From: Malacoraja senta
Lineage: Eukaryota
Length of the DNA stretch: 64,000 nt
Direction: 5' to 3'
NCBI GenBank assembly: GCA_038087875.1
Contig: CM075988.1
Coordinates: forward strand, 21,578,001-21,642,000
Position numbers and translations under genes: made by a program. The notes beneath the pieces are model-generated. The model ran no database searches. It was not told where the DNA came from and saw only the letters and a list, made by a program, of their open reading frames with translations. Shown piece by piece: positions 23,650 to 36,884 of this stretch; the stretch's first letter is position 1, and every line of letters begins with the position of its first letter.

Positions 23650-24185
23650 AATGGTAGTATTTTTTGGACTGGGGTTTAGTTAAGTTTTTTATTGTTATAT
23701 TTATTTTTGAAAATAATTTTTCAGCAAGTCATTAAGTGCTGAGAAACCATATTCTGCAGTCTGGTATGTTTCTCGTTGAACCCGTGCGTGACCTGATTGC
23801 GCTCGTGTCCAGTATGATCTGATTTAATTGGATTGAACACAAACATGGCACTAACAAACCAAAACCTGTAGCAGTAACTAGGTGAAGCCTACAATCACTT
23901 TCCCCACCATGGCGATTATCTGAAGCGGAAAAGCAGTCAGTCGGCATTACAATATTAAATGGGATTTTAAGATTGTCATCAAATACCGACACCCTTTCAC
24001 AGCGTTTCCATCATCATTTCCCATCCATTGAAGGAAGTCAAGATCTTCGACAGGGAGCCATGGCAACTATCAGGGTTGGATCTCAGAACATGTACAAGCT
24101 GCAAACTGTCCTTCCACCTCCCCAACTTCCCAGAACTTCTGCTGGTAAAAATGCCAGTGGGATCTCTGTGGATCTAGGCAGTGTG

Positions 24186-24490
24186 GGGCGGCACGGTGGC
24201 GCAGCGTTAGAGTTGCTGCTTTACGGCGCTCCGGGTTCGATCCCGACTATCTGTTCATTGTACGGAGTTTGTACGTTCTCCCCGTGACCTGCGTGGGTTT
24301 CCTCCGAGATCTTCGGTTTCCTCCCACACTTCAAAGACGTGTAGGTTTGTAGGTGAATTGGCTTGGTGTAAATGTAAATTGCCCCTAGTGTGTGTAGGAT
24401 AGGGCTAGCGTGCGGGGTGGTCTCTAATCGGCGCGGACTCGGTGGGCCGAAGGGCCTGTTTCCACGCTGTTTCTCTAAAGTCTAAAAGTC
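24186..24490 (+). mobile_element. HE1-like SINE, full length
   Basis: Consensus match. Confidence 0.9.
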
Positions 24491-25225
24491 TTAAATAACT
24501 TTGCCATAATTTTGCGCCTATGTCTCTTTGTCCCAGACTCACCCACCTGTGAAATTTGTCAACATGCTCCACGCCATGCCCTCTGAGGGGCATGTTTTAA
24601 TGATAAAAAGCACAGTACCACAACTGTGCCCAGAGCTAAATCCACAATTACAATTCAACAATTGCAATTGATGGTAAGTGTTTTTTTTGTTTTCAATATC
24701 AGTTTATGCTGTGGTGAGGCACAGACACAAAGAGAAATCAAACTCAGCCATCTCGCCAATGGATATGTTATTTTGAATACATTTGAACTCCATTCGGGTA
24801 TGTGACATAAGATTGATTTCGCCCAATGTCTGTCAGCAACCTATTTATTGCATCTTGTTCCTCGTGTCTCCTTGACTGCCTCTAGAAGATTGAAGATGCC
24901 AAGTGCAACCGTGGCATTATACATGGCTGGGCATATCTCCTGCATAACCTTTGAAGTCTGGAATAGGAAGCAAATTGGACAATAGTGAAATGAAATAACA
25001 GGAGCTTGAACTTGGGAATGTCCACAATACGACAAGTACCTCTTCCGATGCCGTTAACACTTTGAGAGCCAAAATTCCATTGTTCTTCACATTTTACAAG
25101 AACCGGCCAACTATGACAAGGAGATGCAAGGAACTGCAGATGCTGGAATCTTGAGCATAAAATAATGGGTCAGGCAGCATCCATGGAGGGAATGGACTGA
25201 TGATGTTTTGGGTTGAGTCTCTTCT

Positions 25226-25535
25226 TAGTTTAGTTTTCGAGATACAGCGCAGAAACAGGCCCTTTGGCCCACCAAGTCCATGCCGACCAGCGATCACCAT
25301 ACACTCGCACTACCCTACACATTAGGGGCAATTTACAATCTTTACCGAACCCAATTAACCTACAAACCTGTGCTTCTTTGGAGTGTGGGAGGAAACTGTA
25401 GCACCCGGAGAAAACCCACACAGGTCACGGGGAGATTATACAAACTCCGTACTGACTGCACTCAGAGTCAGGATGAAACCCGGGTCTCTGGCGCTGTGGG
25501 GCAATAACTCTACCGCAGCGCCACCGTGCCGCCCC
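25226..25535 (-). mobile_element. HE1-like SINE, full length
   Basis: Consensus match. Confidence 0.9.
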
Positions 25536-26454
25536 AATTTGGGGAATCGATACATTACTGATTAGGTTATTTTTTTGGTCTTGGTTGCAGCTCAGAGCCA
25601 CAGGAGATGGTTTTCCTCCCACTTCTACAGTCACAGGAGACGGGTTTTCATCCACTTAATGTCCAATATCAGAGTTAGACGAGAGCTAAGAGTGAGAAAA
25701 AAATTCAATATTGTGGGTTTAAGAAAAATGATACCAAAATTCTCCAATAAGGACCTGCCATGTCTTCACATGTGGATAGCATTGATAATTTTACAACTAA
25801 GATTATTCCCAAAAGTTATCTGAGCCTCCATTTCAAAACTAGAAAGGAAATTCAATTGCTTGAAAATTGCTTTTATATTGTATCCGGCTTTGCCGAGGCA
25901 GAATTCTGTGGAAGGATCGATGGAGGGGCAAGATTTCATGGAGGGTTCTGTGAATCCGTGATCATTTATTTCACTGGAAGTTCTATCTAGTTTAAGAACC
26001 AAATGGGCTGCCAAGAGAGGTTCTGTGCAACTTAGACTGTTAGCTCAAAGAAGCATAGAATTAAGAAGTGTAAGATAATGGATAATAAATGATGCCAGTA
26101 TCCAAGCAAGAATTTCTGTTGAATTACTTTGGTCTCAGTTTTATAGTAACTGCCAGATGTAGAATCATTGCCTCTGTCACAAGGGCAATTTCATTTTTAT
26201 TTCTCTTTTGTACAAATCTGTGATTCAGATTTGCTATCTTCAGCTCCTTATACCCGACAGCATAGTTAGTGCTGGTAACTGATGCTAATGATAAAAATAA
26301 CTAATGCTGGAGCACTTGCCAATGTTTTCATGCTACCTCGGTAAGGCCACCAGCATAATCAAGGACCAGTCTCACCCCAGTCACTCCCTCTTCTTCCCTC
26401 TCCCATTAGGTAAAAGGTACTGAATTTGAAACCAATCACAATCAATCACCCGTT

Positions 26455-26660
26455 TAAGAAGGAACTGCAGATGCTGGAAAAATCAAAGGTAGACAAAATG
26501 CTGGAGAAACTCAGCGGGTAAGGCAGCATCTATGGAGCGAAGGAATAGGCGACGTTTCGGGTCGAGACTGAAGAAGAGTCTCGAACCGAAACGTCACCTA
26601 TTCCTTCGCTCCATAGACGCTGCCTCACCCGCTGAGTTTCTCCAGCATTTTTGTCTACCT
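26455..26660. mobile_element. Penelope-like fold-back with hammerhead-like motif at 26568
   Basis: Arms are reverse complements around 26565. Confidence 0.8.
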
Positions 26661-26661
26661 A

Positions 26662-27403
26662 CAATCAATCACTCAATCACAATCACAATAATACTTTATT
26701 AGCCAAGTATGTTTTGCAACATACGAGGAATTTCATTTGCCAAGTCAGTCATACAAATAAAAAGCGACGGAACACTCAAAATACATTTTAACATGAACAT
26801 CCACCACAGTGACTCCTCCGCATTCGTCACTGTGATGGAAGGCGAAAAAAAGTTCAAATCTCTTCCCTTAGTTCTCCCGCGGCCCCTCCCGTAGCTGGAC
26901 TCCCATAGCTGGTAGCGTTTTGGCCCTCCGCATCGAGGCGATCAGCTCCTGCATCTGGGGGGATGTCAACTCCACGGCGCCGGACGATCGGACCCCGTGT
27001 CGGGGCTGGTTGACCCTCTGCATCGTTGGAGCTTCCCGACTAGCCTCTCCTGAGACTGCGAGCTCTTGATGGTAAGTCCGCAGGCCGCGGTTGGAGCGTT
27101 CCCAGGCAAGGGATCGACTCCGATGTTAAGTCCACTCCCTGCGGTGGGGCCCAAGGTCAGTCCGAGGAGGCCTCCAGCTCCATCGATGGTAGGCCGCAGA
27201 GCGACCGGAGATGCGATCCGGAAATTAATCGCATCTCCGGCAAGGTAAGAAAGTGAAAAAAAAGTTTCCCCCGACGCCCTCCCCCCACATAAAACAATCC
27301 GGAGAATATTTGCACAGACTTTTAACACACATTAAAAAATTTAAAAAGACGAAAAAACACACAGACTGTTGGCGGGGCTGCCAATCGTGCGGCGCCCCTG
27401 GTG
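26662..27403 (-). mobile_element. Non-coding GC-rich non-LTR element with internal hairpin (copy A)
   Basis: Shares gccaacagtctgt, ctgcggccta-catcga-ggag and gccttccatcacagtga blocks with 33138-33775. Ends in AATAAA and a microsatellite tail. Confidence 0.65.
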
Positions 27404-27412
27404 GTATCCAGA

Positions 27413-27688
27413 CAGTGGTGTAGCGGTAGAGTTGCTGCCTTACAGCGCCGGAGACCCGTGATCGAGCCTGACTGCAGGTGCTGTCTGTACGGACGTTGTA
27501 CGTTCTTCCTGTGACAAGGCGAGTTGTTCTCCGCCCACACTAAAAATGTACCAGTTTGTAGGTTAATTGGCTTCTGTAAATTGTCCCTAGTGTGTGGGAT
27601 ATTGCCTGTGTATGGGATGATCGCTGATCGGTGCGGACTCCGTGGACTGAAGGTCCTGTTTCCATGCTGTATCTCTGAAGTCTAAAGT
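27413..27688 (+). mobile_element. HE1-like SINE
   Basis: Consensus match. Confidence 0.85.
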
Positions 27689-27744
27689 TAGAATAACATC
27701 ACTGGGAAAATTTGGATTTTAATTAAACCTCAATTTCTTTGCTT

Positions 27745-28092
27745 GACACAAAAAGCTGGAGTATCAGTGGGCCGGGCAGCATCTCTGGAGAAAAGGAATA
27801 GATGACGTTTCGGGTCGAGACCCCTCTTCAGACTGAGAGTCAGGGGAGAGGGAAACGAGAGATATAGATGGTGATATAGAGAGATATTGAATATCTTTCA
27901 TTCATCTGTTCTATATCTCTCCCGAAACGTCACCCATTCCTTTTCTCTGGAGATGTTGCCTGACCTGCTGAGTTACTCCAGCTTTTTGAGTCAAGCCAAG
28001 AAATTCCTTAAGTGGCCTCCTCTGACCCGTTGAGTTCCTCCAGCAATTTGTGTCTATCTTTGGTTTAAACCAGCATCTGCAGTTCCTTCCTG
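27745..28092. mobile_element. Penelope-like fragments in inverted arrangement, hammerhead motif at 27804-27831 (-)
   Basis: Minus strand reads CUGAAGA g GGGUC uc GACCC GAAAC GUC. Confidence 0.75.
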
Positions 28093-28304
28093 CTCCATTT
28101 CTAGGAGGCAGGTGTGCTTCCCATGTTTGTAGGTTTAGTAGTTCACACATGGGATCTCCCGTTGCTGGGCTGTGAGTGAGCGCTGCAAACTCTGGTTTAA
28201 AATGAGCTGCGGCTGTTTGGCTTCAACTTTAACTATCCTGTCCAGAGGAGCGCTCTGTTTATGTCTGGGGCATGCACACAGCCCTTTTTTTCCCCCACTT
28301 AAAG

Positions 28305-28396
28305 GGTCCAAATGTTTAAAAACTGTGGAGGGAAGAATGTCCAGTCTGTAAACATTGAAATTGAGGCCAGATGGAGTCTATCAAATGTCATAAGAG
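28305..28396 (+). CDS. Weak candidate exon (phase 2 to 1): VQMFKNCGGKNVQSVNIEIEARWSLSNVIR
   Basis: Polypyrimidine acceptor ttttttcccccacttaaag, and the phases bridge 19046 to 37803, but the donor AG|gtgcaa is weak. Confidence 0.25.
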
Positions 28397-29061
28397 GTGC
28401 AAGGATTCCTTGAGCACTTTGTAAACCCGGCCTGACATGACATTCAACACACATTCCATGTACTATCGAAGTTATTAGGTGCAAGCCTCCCTCATCCAAG
28501 GAGTTGTATCCCACTACACTTAATAGTAAGACTGAACACTAACTTAGAATCAACATTAGAAGTTGATTATTATTGAGAGAAAGATAATTCCATATCAATG
28601 ACAAACCAGCAGCTGCAAATTCAGCTGGGTCATGTTCATAAGTGATAGGAGAAGAATTAGGCCATTCGGCCCATCAAGCCTACCCCGCCATTCAACCATG
28701 GCTGATCTATCTCTCCCTCCCAAGCCCATTTTTCTGCCATCTCCCCATATCCTCTGACACCCGTACTAATCAAGAATCTATCTATCTCTGCTTTAAAAAT
28801 ATCCATTGACGGCCTCCGCAGCCTTCTGTGGCAAAGAATTCCACAGATTCACCACCCTCTGACTAAATAAACTTCTTCTCATCTCCTTTCTAGAGGAGAT
28901 TTCCATCGCTCCATAGATGCTGCCTCACCCGCTGAGTTTCTCCATCATTTTTGTCTACCTTCGATTTTCCAGCATCTGCAGTTCCTTCTTAAACAAATCC
29001 TTTCAAGAGGAAGTTCCTTTCTAGTCCTAGACTCTCCCACGAGTGGAAACATCCTTCTTAA

Positions 29062-29478
29062 AGCGCCTGTCCCACGGGCATGCGACTCCATGCGGCAAGC
29101 GCGACCTAACCGGAAACGGGGGCCGTGCGGGGGCCGCGCGGAGGTCGCGGGGCCGGTCACACTTCGATCGCCGGAGCCGTATGGAGTTGTGCGGAGCTGG
29201 TGCCGACAAACTGACCGTGTTCAAAAATTCCGCGCGGCAACGGCCTACCGCCCCGCAGCCGCATCGAGGCCGTGCGTGCCGCATCGACGGCCGTGCGCAC
29301 CGCCTCGCCGCCGTACGCACCGTCTTGACGTCCGCGCGGCCCCCGCTTCCGGTTTGGTAGCGCTTGCCGCATGCAGCCGCATGCTGGTGGGACCGGCCCT
29401 GTACGGGGATCACTCGGCCCCCGCTTCCGGTTAGGTCGCGCTTGCTGCATGGAGTCGAATGCCCGTGTGACAGGCCCT
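29062..29478. mobile_element. GC-rich palindromic PIF/Harbinger-like MITE
   Basis: TIRs of about 60 bp (cgcctgtcccacgggcatgcgactccatgc / gcatggagtcgaatgcccgtgtgacaggccct), TAA and TTA flanks, inserted in a CR1 fragment. Confidence 0.85.
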
Positions 29479-30025
29479 TTATTCCACAATAGGCATCCAT
29501 CTCATTTCCATTGTTATTGCAACCTGGAATCTTATACCTTCTTATCTTTCTCATGCCTCTTATAATTCAGGATGGTAACAGCTGCCAATAATTTCCCGGT
29601 GTCCCGAATAACCCATCTTGCTTTGGCAGCTGTTGACTTTCCTTCCCAATCGCAGTTACAAAACTCCGCCAGACCCTTGGTGAAAACAGCCTTTCTTAAG
29701 AACGTCAAAGCAAACTCTTCTACTGTTTATTGCTGTTACATTCTTGTAAACGTTATGCTGTAAGACTGAGTAATGACCAATATTGTTCGGCGTGATTATA
29801 CTACTTTATTCTTGCTGCATCACATCACTCACTGATGCTCCATGTTCTCTATGTCAAGCACTCAGCCACTGAAGCTGGAAGAAACAAAATGTTGTAAGTC
29901 AGAGTCTAGTCTGCAAATGTAATGAACAAGTGAGGCTCTGGGCAACGTTCTCCCTCTCTGTATTGTCATGGCTCAATAACTCTTTTCAGCTGCTGTGACC
30001 ATGTTAGGACATATCTGCCCATTTC

Positions 30026-30650
30026 TTTAGACTTTTGGACTTTAGAGATACAGCGCAGAAACAGGCTCTTCAGCCCACTGAGTTCCCGCCGACCAGCGAT
30101 CCCCGTACACGAACACTATCCGACACACACCAGGGACAATTTACAATTTTACCGAAGCCAATCAGCCTACAAACCTGAACGTCTTTGGAGTGTGGGAAGA
30201 AACCGGAGCACCCGGAGAAAACCCACGCAGGTCACAGGGAGAACGTACCAACTCCGTACAGGCAGCACCCGTGGTCAGAATCGAACCCAGGTCTCTGGAG
30301 TTGTAAATCAGCAACTCCTCGTAAGGTTTAGTTTAGTATAGTTTAGAGATACAGCGCAGAAACAGGCCCTTCGGCCCACCGGGTCCGGGCCGAATAGCGA
30401 TCCCTGCATCCTAACACTATCCTACACACACAAGGGACAATATTTACATTTATACCAAGCCAATTAATCTACATACCTGTACGTCTTTGGAGTGTGGGAG
30501 GAAACCGAAGATCTCGGAGGAAACCCACGCAGGTCACGGGGAGAACGTACAAACTCCGCACAGACAGCACCCGTAGTCGGGATCGAACACGGGTCTCCGG
30601 CGCTGCATTCGCTGTAAGGCAGCAACTCTACCGCTGCGCCACCGTGACTG
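30026..30650 (-). mobile_element. Two tandem HE1-like SINEs (30026-30320, 30327-30650)
   Basis: Consensus matches. Confidence 0.9.
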
Positions 30651-31112
30651 CACATTAAATGTAAGGCTGTTGAGGTTCTGGAGATGCAGTGAGGCTGAGG
30701 GTGAACCAGAGGGCAAATGTAAACTCACCAGAAAATCTTCAGATTGCTGCAGTAACAAAATCTCTGAAAATGTTGTTATCATTAGGAAAACCCCACAGGC
30801 AGTAAATCCATGCAATACGAAACAGCTGCAGCTATTCTATGGTGCAACATTGATTGATTCATGTTGTGTTAACAGATGATTGGTATTCAAGTTATCTAAA
30901 TAAGCAGAGAGAACTGGTTGAAGAGCGATGTTGTAGTTAAGAGTGTTGCTATTCCTATTTAATCACACTGCCAATTTAGACACTGTAAACACCACAGTGG
31001 TATGAAGAGTGACATTCATTCCCAGTGGACACTGTAGAAATATATCTCCTCAGATCTCCGGACACAACATCTACAGGTTGTGACATCTACCATTAGACAA
31101 TCAAACAATAGG

Positions 31113-31204
31113 CACAAAATCCTGGAGTAACTCAGCGGGACAGGCAGCATCTCTGGAGAGAAGGAATGGGTGACGTTTCGGGTCGAGACCCTCCTTCAGA
31201 CTGG
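31113..31204 (-). mobile_element. Short Penelope-like insertion with 12-bp TSD
   Basis: tcaaacaatagg at 31101-31112 and 31205-31216. Confidence 0.8.
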
Positions 31205-31447
31205 TCAAACAATAGGGCTCTCTCAAGGCATTTATTAGAATATGCCATTTTGGATGGATGTGGAGAGGATGTCTCCACTGCCGGGAGACTCCAGGACCAG
31301 AGGTCAGAGCCTCAGACTAAAGGGTAATTCCTTTAGGAAGATGAAGAGGAATTTCTTTAGTCAGAGTGTGGTGAATCTGTGGAATTCATTGCCACAGAAG
31401 GCTGTGGAGGTCATCAAATGGTATTTTTAAGGTAGAAATAGATAAGA

Positions 31448-31774
31448 ATATGGTCTCCATTCATTGACTATTTGAAGGGGTAGATCGGTTCAGCACGGGA
31501 ACCAAACTGAAGCTTGAACTTAGGATTAGATGAAAGGTTATACTTTTTGACCTACGAACCTATCTCCAATGATGTATTATTAGTATTTTTTTTTTTAATC
31601 TTGACATTTGTGGGGGGGTTTTCTCTCTCTCTTTCTCACTTTCTATCTATAAAAAAAAACTAGAAGCAGAATCAATCCACAATTGTTAATATTAATAATG
31701 TATGATTGATATACATGAAATGTTTTTACCATAATATGTCTTTGCTTCTAATAAAAATATTATTTAAAAAAAAA
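31448..31774 (+). mobile_element. 5'-truncated L1/Tx1-like LINE with poly(A) and TSD, inserted in a CR1
   Basis: Begins IWSPFIDYLKG* (L1-type ORF2 end), has AATAAA and an A tail, and a 14-bp TSD agaaatagataaga (31434-31447, 31775-31788). Confidence 0.8.
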
Positions 31775-31959
31775 AGAAATAGATAAGATTCCTGATTAGT
31801 ACGGGTGTCAGAGGTTACGGGGAGAAGGCAGGAGAATGGGGTTGAGAGGGAAAGATAGATCAGTCATGGTTAAATGGCAGAGTAGACCTGATGGGCCGAA
31901 TGGCCTAATTCTGCACCTATCACTTATGAACTTGAAAAAAAATTGATCAATGGATACAC

Positions 31960-32367
31960 ACCTCCTCCAACCTCATCTAATGTATTCGTTGTTCGAGGTG
32001 TGGACTCTTATACATTGGCGAGACCAAATATTCTATAATCCGCGACAAAAATATTGAAAGTTCATAAGTGATAGAAGCAGAATTAGGCCATTCAGCCCAT
32101 CATTCGGTCTATTTGGCCCGAGGCCAAACGTAGACTGGCCGATCATTTTGCTGAAAACATCTCGCTCAGTCCGCCTGGACCTACCTGAATTCCCGGTTGC
32201 CAAACACTTTAATTCCCCATTCACATTCCCACACTGACCTTTCTGTCCTGGGCCTCCTCCATTGTCACAGTGAGGCCCAGCGCAAATTGGAGGAACAGCA
32301 CCTCATATTTCGCTTGGGCAGCTTGCACCCCAATAGTAGGATTATTGATTTCTCTAATTTCAAGTAA
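31960..32367 (+). pseudogene. Penelope-like GIY-YIG endonuclease remnant
   Basis: SSNLI*CIRCSRCGLLYIGETK..RRLADHF..PVAKHFN..RKLEEQHLIFRLGSLHP with a stop, frameshifts and an inserted CR1 tail. Confidence 0.85.
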
Positions 32368-33137
32368 CACTTCCTACACAATGTGGTCATTCCTGTTTAC
32401 CTGAACAGCTATCGGTAGGTTTTGGATACCGAGACCTTAGATTTTCTCCACTCTTTTAATCTCTTCAATTCTTCTGCAAGGTTTGGCTCTTACCTGATTT
32501 AATAGAGTCACAGACATGGAGTTATATATTTGGCTTTTCATTATACCTCGGCACATGTGACAATAAACTAAACTAAACTAAAATGTCTTGCGGGTCAGTC
32601 CTCTACCATACATTGGAGGCTCAAATGGTGGAGGAGAGGGAAAGAAGGATATGTGTGGGAAGATAGATGGACACAAAAAGTTGGATTTACTCAGTGTGTC
32701 AGGCAGTATCTCTCAATAGGTGGCGTTTTTGGTCGAGACCCTACTTCAGACTGAAAGTCAGGAGAAAGGGAATCGAGAGACATAGACGGTGGCATCGAGA
32801 GATATAGAATGAAAGATAGGCAAAGAAGTTATGATGATAAAGGAAACATGCTATGGGCGAGGTGAAAACAAGTCACATTGTGACAAAGCGACTCAACAAT
32901 ACGACTTGGAAGCGAGTAAACTTGGGTGGGGGAGGGATGGAGAGAGAGGGGATACAAGGGTCACTTGAAGTTGGAGAAATCTCTATTCATACCGCTGGGT
33001 TGTAAGCTGCCCAAGCAAACTATGAGATCTGAGTTCCTCTGTGAACCTCTCTGAGCTGCCTCTGCTCAGTGGATACAAAATCTGTCCACAGTGCTAAAAG
33101 ATGTACCTCAGTGTCGTGCTGTACACAATTAAACCAC

Positions 33138-33775
33138 CGGATGGCTGCCTCGCCAACAGTCTGTCTGTCCATTCCTTCCTTGTGTTTTAAAGAGTGCGTG
33201 TTAAATGTATGTTTTTCTTGTTCTTAAGCTTGTTTTATGTGGGGGGTGGAACGAGGGGGGGGGGAGGGGTGTGGTTGGGGGAAACTTTTTAGAATCTCTT
33301 ACCTCGACGGAGATAGGATTTTTTCCTTATCGTGTCTCCGTCCGCACTGCGGCCTAACATCGAGGAGTTGGCGGCCTTTGCTGGAGACCGACGTTTGAGA
33401 GCTCCACCGCGGGGAGCCTACGGGACTTTAACATGGCGGAGCCCGCAGTCTCTGGTCAGAGACCGACTTCGGGAGCTCCAACCGCGGGAGATTCGACCGC
33501 CCGGACGCGGGAGCTTCGACCGCCGGCTGCGGGAGCTTCAATCGCCCTGACGGATGGTTCGACTGCCCCGACCACGGGAGAAAAAAGAGGAAGAAGTTTG
33601 GACTTTTTTTGCCTTCCATCACAGTGAGGAACATTGAGAATCCACTGTGGTGGATGTTTATGCTGACTTTTATGTTGGTGTGTGTCTTGTTGCTTTTTTT
33701 TTCACTGCTGCATGGTAATTTGCATATCACTGTACCTTAATTGGTACACATTCACAATAAAAGACCTTTGAATCC
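33138..33775 (+). mobile_element. Non-coding GC-rich non-LTR element with internal hairpin (copy B)
   Basis: Blocks shared with 26662-27403 and a Rex1-like cactgtacc..ggtacac..caataaa tail. Confidence 0.65.
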
Positions 33776-34552
33776 TTGGTGGTGGGAGCTGTCACTGTAT
33801 CTCATGTTGTTACTTGTGGGCGGAGCACCAAGGCAAATTCCTTGTATGTGAATACTTGGCCAATAAACTTACTTACTTTACTTGAGCATTTCAAGTAACT
33901 TCAAGTAGCCCTTGTATCCCCTCTCTCTCCATCCCTCCCCCACCCACGTTTACTAGCTTCATGTACCTGCACACTAACTCTTCACGCTTCATCCACAAGC
34001 CCAGCATCTGCACGGCAGCATCGCGCAGCCCTTGCCAGTTAAAAACAAGAAGATAATAGAAGAAAGAGACAGGTGTAGGCTTTTAGATTCTCATTTTTGT
34101 TCTTCTCTGCCATTTCAGAATTTCCCAGTTACCTCCTTAGTCACATCCTCAAAGCAATTAACATTTACTTCAGCAATTTCCTTCTTTTTTAAATACTTGA
34201 CAAAGATGTTTTTTTAATACTTCTTGCCAATTTACTCTCATGATCCCACTTTTTCCCTTTTAATTATTTTTAGTCATTCTTTGGTTTCTAGAATATTCCT
34301 AATCGTCTGGTTCCCCCACTAATCTTAGCAACATTATATGCCTTCACTTTCAAATTGGTATCAACTTTATCTGTATACCCTCCTTATTCTTCTTATCCTT
34401 CTTATTCAACTTTCATTTCTCACTGGAATATAACTTTATTACACCCTAGATAATGTTAATATCATTATTGGGAATTATGAAATATTTCCTTTGATGTCTG
34501 CCACTGCTTGTCCGTTGTTTTACCGTTTAATTCATTTACCCAAATCACAAGG

Positions 34553-34818
34553 GTGGTCACGGCGGTGCAGCGGTAGAGTTGCTGCCTCACAGCGCCAGGG
34601 ACCTGGGTTTGCTCCTGACTACGGGTGCTGTCTGTGCGGAGTTTGTACGTTCTCCCCTTGACCTGCGTGGGTTTTCTCCGAGATCTTGGGTTTTCTCCCA
34701 CACTCCAAAGACGTACAGGTATGTCGGTTAATTGGCTTGGTATAAATGTAAAATTGTCCCTAGTGTGTGTAGGGTCGTGTTAGTGTGCGGGGATCGCTGG
34801 TTGGTGCGGACTTGGTGG
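34553..34818 (+). mobile_element. HE1-like SINE followed by poly-G
   Basis: Consensus match. Confidence 0.9.
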
Positions 34819-36114
34819 GGAAAGCGGGGGGGGGGGGGGGGGGGGAAGAGGGGGAGTGGGGAGTGGGGAGGTGGGGAGGGAGGAGCACTTGTTCAGTCAG
34901 ACCAGCACTTTGTTTATCTACACTTGGGAGGCTGCCAATTAAACAGTTTTATGAGTGAGAAATTGAGATCAGCTCCGAATTTGATCGGCTTTATGTGCTA
35001 TTATAAAAGGTTTACACAGCTATTAAATGGCTGATGATCTCTTCAATTTGATCGTCAACGGCTTATTACTTACACTAAGCATGGATGGGAAGCTGAGGCT
35101 TTATAAGGCGCTGGTCAGATTGCATTTGGAGCGTTGTGAGCAGTTTTGGGGCCCATATCTGAGGAGAGATGTGTTGGCATTGGAGATTGTCCAGAGCCAA
35201 TTGATTATCAAATCTATGAATGCCTGCACTCCAAATGCAATGAGACCACAAAGTCTCTCTGGGCTCCTTATTAAGCTTTCAGATTCAGTGTGTGTTTATA
35301 TCAGCGGTTATCAATGATGACATTTTGTTTTTGTATGCAATACAACCTCCAGATATGTGAATCAGGTCAATATAAGTGTTCGCTGGGAGCGACTCAGCCC
35401 AGCTAATACCGACAGCCTCTGGCTATTCCTGGCTTCCGAAGCACACATTGTGCTCACATCAGATGCAAACAGGAGATAGGTCAATAACTACTTAAATTAT
35501 CTTGTTAAAAGCCTTTTCATGAGCTGGAAATTGGATGCTGTAAGAGGTCTGATCTCTTCTCCATCCTGACTGGCTGCTCTGCACTCCAACTAAGAAATGA
35601 AGCTGTTATTTATCCGAGAACATCGAGGGTGATGGATGGCGTTTGTAGAATCCGACGCCCGTTTAATACCTTGTTTTGTTGATTGTTCTACATATCCAAC
35701 TTATCGCCTACCTCTCCTCCTTTGCTGCTTAAAAGTCCACTGCTGAAGGTCCCGTCTTAACATGGGATTCTGCCCCAGAGCAGATCTCCAAGTGCAAGCT
35801 AGATCCAACTGTATAAACAGGTCTTTAATTCTGCTTTGGCACATTGCTATGGAGATACAGCGCGGAAACAGGCCCATTGGGCAACCGAGTCCACGCCGAC
35901 CAGCGATCACCCTGTACACTCGCACTATCCTCCACACAAGGGACAATTTACTATTTTATTGAGCCCTATTAACACCCATCCTCTCTCTTCAAGGAGTCTG
36001 AAGAAAGGGTTCTGACCTGAAACATCACCCATCCTTTTTCTCCAGAGATGCTGCCTGATTCTGGGAGCTGGTTCCTAGGTCCACGAGTTTGGAGATGAGT
36101 TTGGATGGAGTTAT

Positions 36115-36830
36115 ATGATACAATACGATATAACTTTATTTATTCCAGGAGGGAAATTGATCTGGCAACAGTCCTAAAACAGGACAAGAAATATGAAACA
36201 TGAAATTAAAGTGACGAGTGGAAAGTCCAGGATTGGGGGTGTGCAAAGTTTGGGGGAAGGGGGAGGGGAGTCAGTCTATCCCACAACAGAAGGGGGAGGA
36301 GTTGTGGGATAGACTGAGGGAGGACATCTTGATAGCCACAGGGAAGAAGGGTCTCCTGTGGCGTTCTGTGCTGCATCTTGGTGGAACCAGTCTGTTGCTG
36401 AAGGTGCTCCACAGGTTGACCAGTGTGTCATGGAGGGGGTGAGCTGCATTGTCCAAGATGCTCCGCAGTTTGAGGAGCATCCCCCCTCCAAGACCAACCT
36501 CCCATGAATCCAACTCCGCCCCCAGGACGGAGCCAACCTTCCTATTCTCCCAATTCTGCTAGCCCTTGCTGTCCCCTCCCCTCCCCCCAGCCCTCGGGCT
36601 CCTCCTCCGCCTTTTTCCTTTTTTCCTTTCTTCTCCCCACCCCCTATCAGTCTGAAGAAGGGTTTCGGCCCGAAACGTTACCTATTTCCTTCGCTCCATA
36701 GATGCTGCTGCACCCGCTGAGTTTCTCCAGCATTTTGTGTACCTTCCTGATGAGCTTGTTGATCTTGTTGGCGTCCGCGGCCTTCGCCCTGCCGCCCCAG
36801 CACACGGCAGCGAAGAAGATGGTGTTGATG
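36115..36830 (-). mobile_element. Rex1/Babar LINE 3' fragment split by a Penelope-like insertion (about 36543-36744 +)
   Basis: KLRSILDNAAHPLHDTL..STFSNRLVPPRCSTERHRRPFFPVAIK on the minus strand. The same tail occurs at about 54925-55045 (+). Confidence 0.85.
36652..36679 (+). ncRNA. Minimal hammerhead ribozyme motif
   Basis: CUGAAGA a GGGUU uc GGCCC GAAAC GUU. Confidence 0.65.
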
Positions 36831-36884
36831 GCAGAGTAATAGTCGATAAACAGAATAATGAATTGAAGAAACGTTACAGAGGAT

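Noticed and set aside
29027..29565. Several overlapping Arg-rich ORFs or a CpG-island promoter
   Set aside because: Fully explained by a GC-rich palindromic MITE.
29571..29759. Exon-like segment after a strong acceptor (also 24003-24143, 44626-44740, 46569 onward)
   Set aside because: Donors are weak or ambiguous, and such segments are expected by chance in 64 kb.
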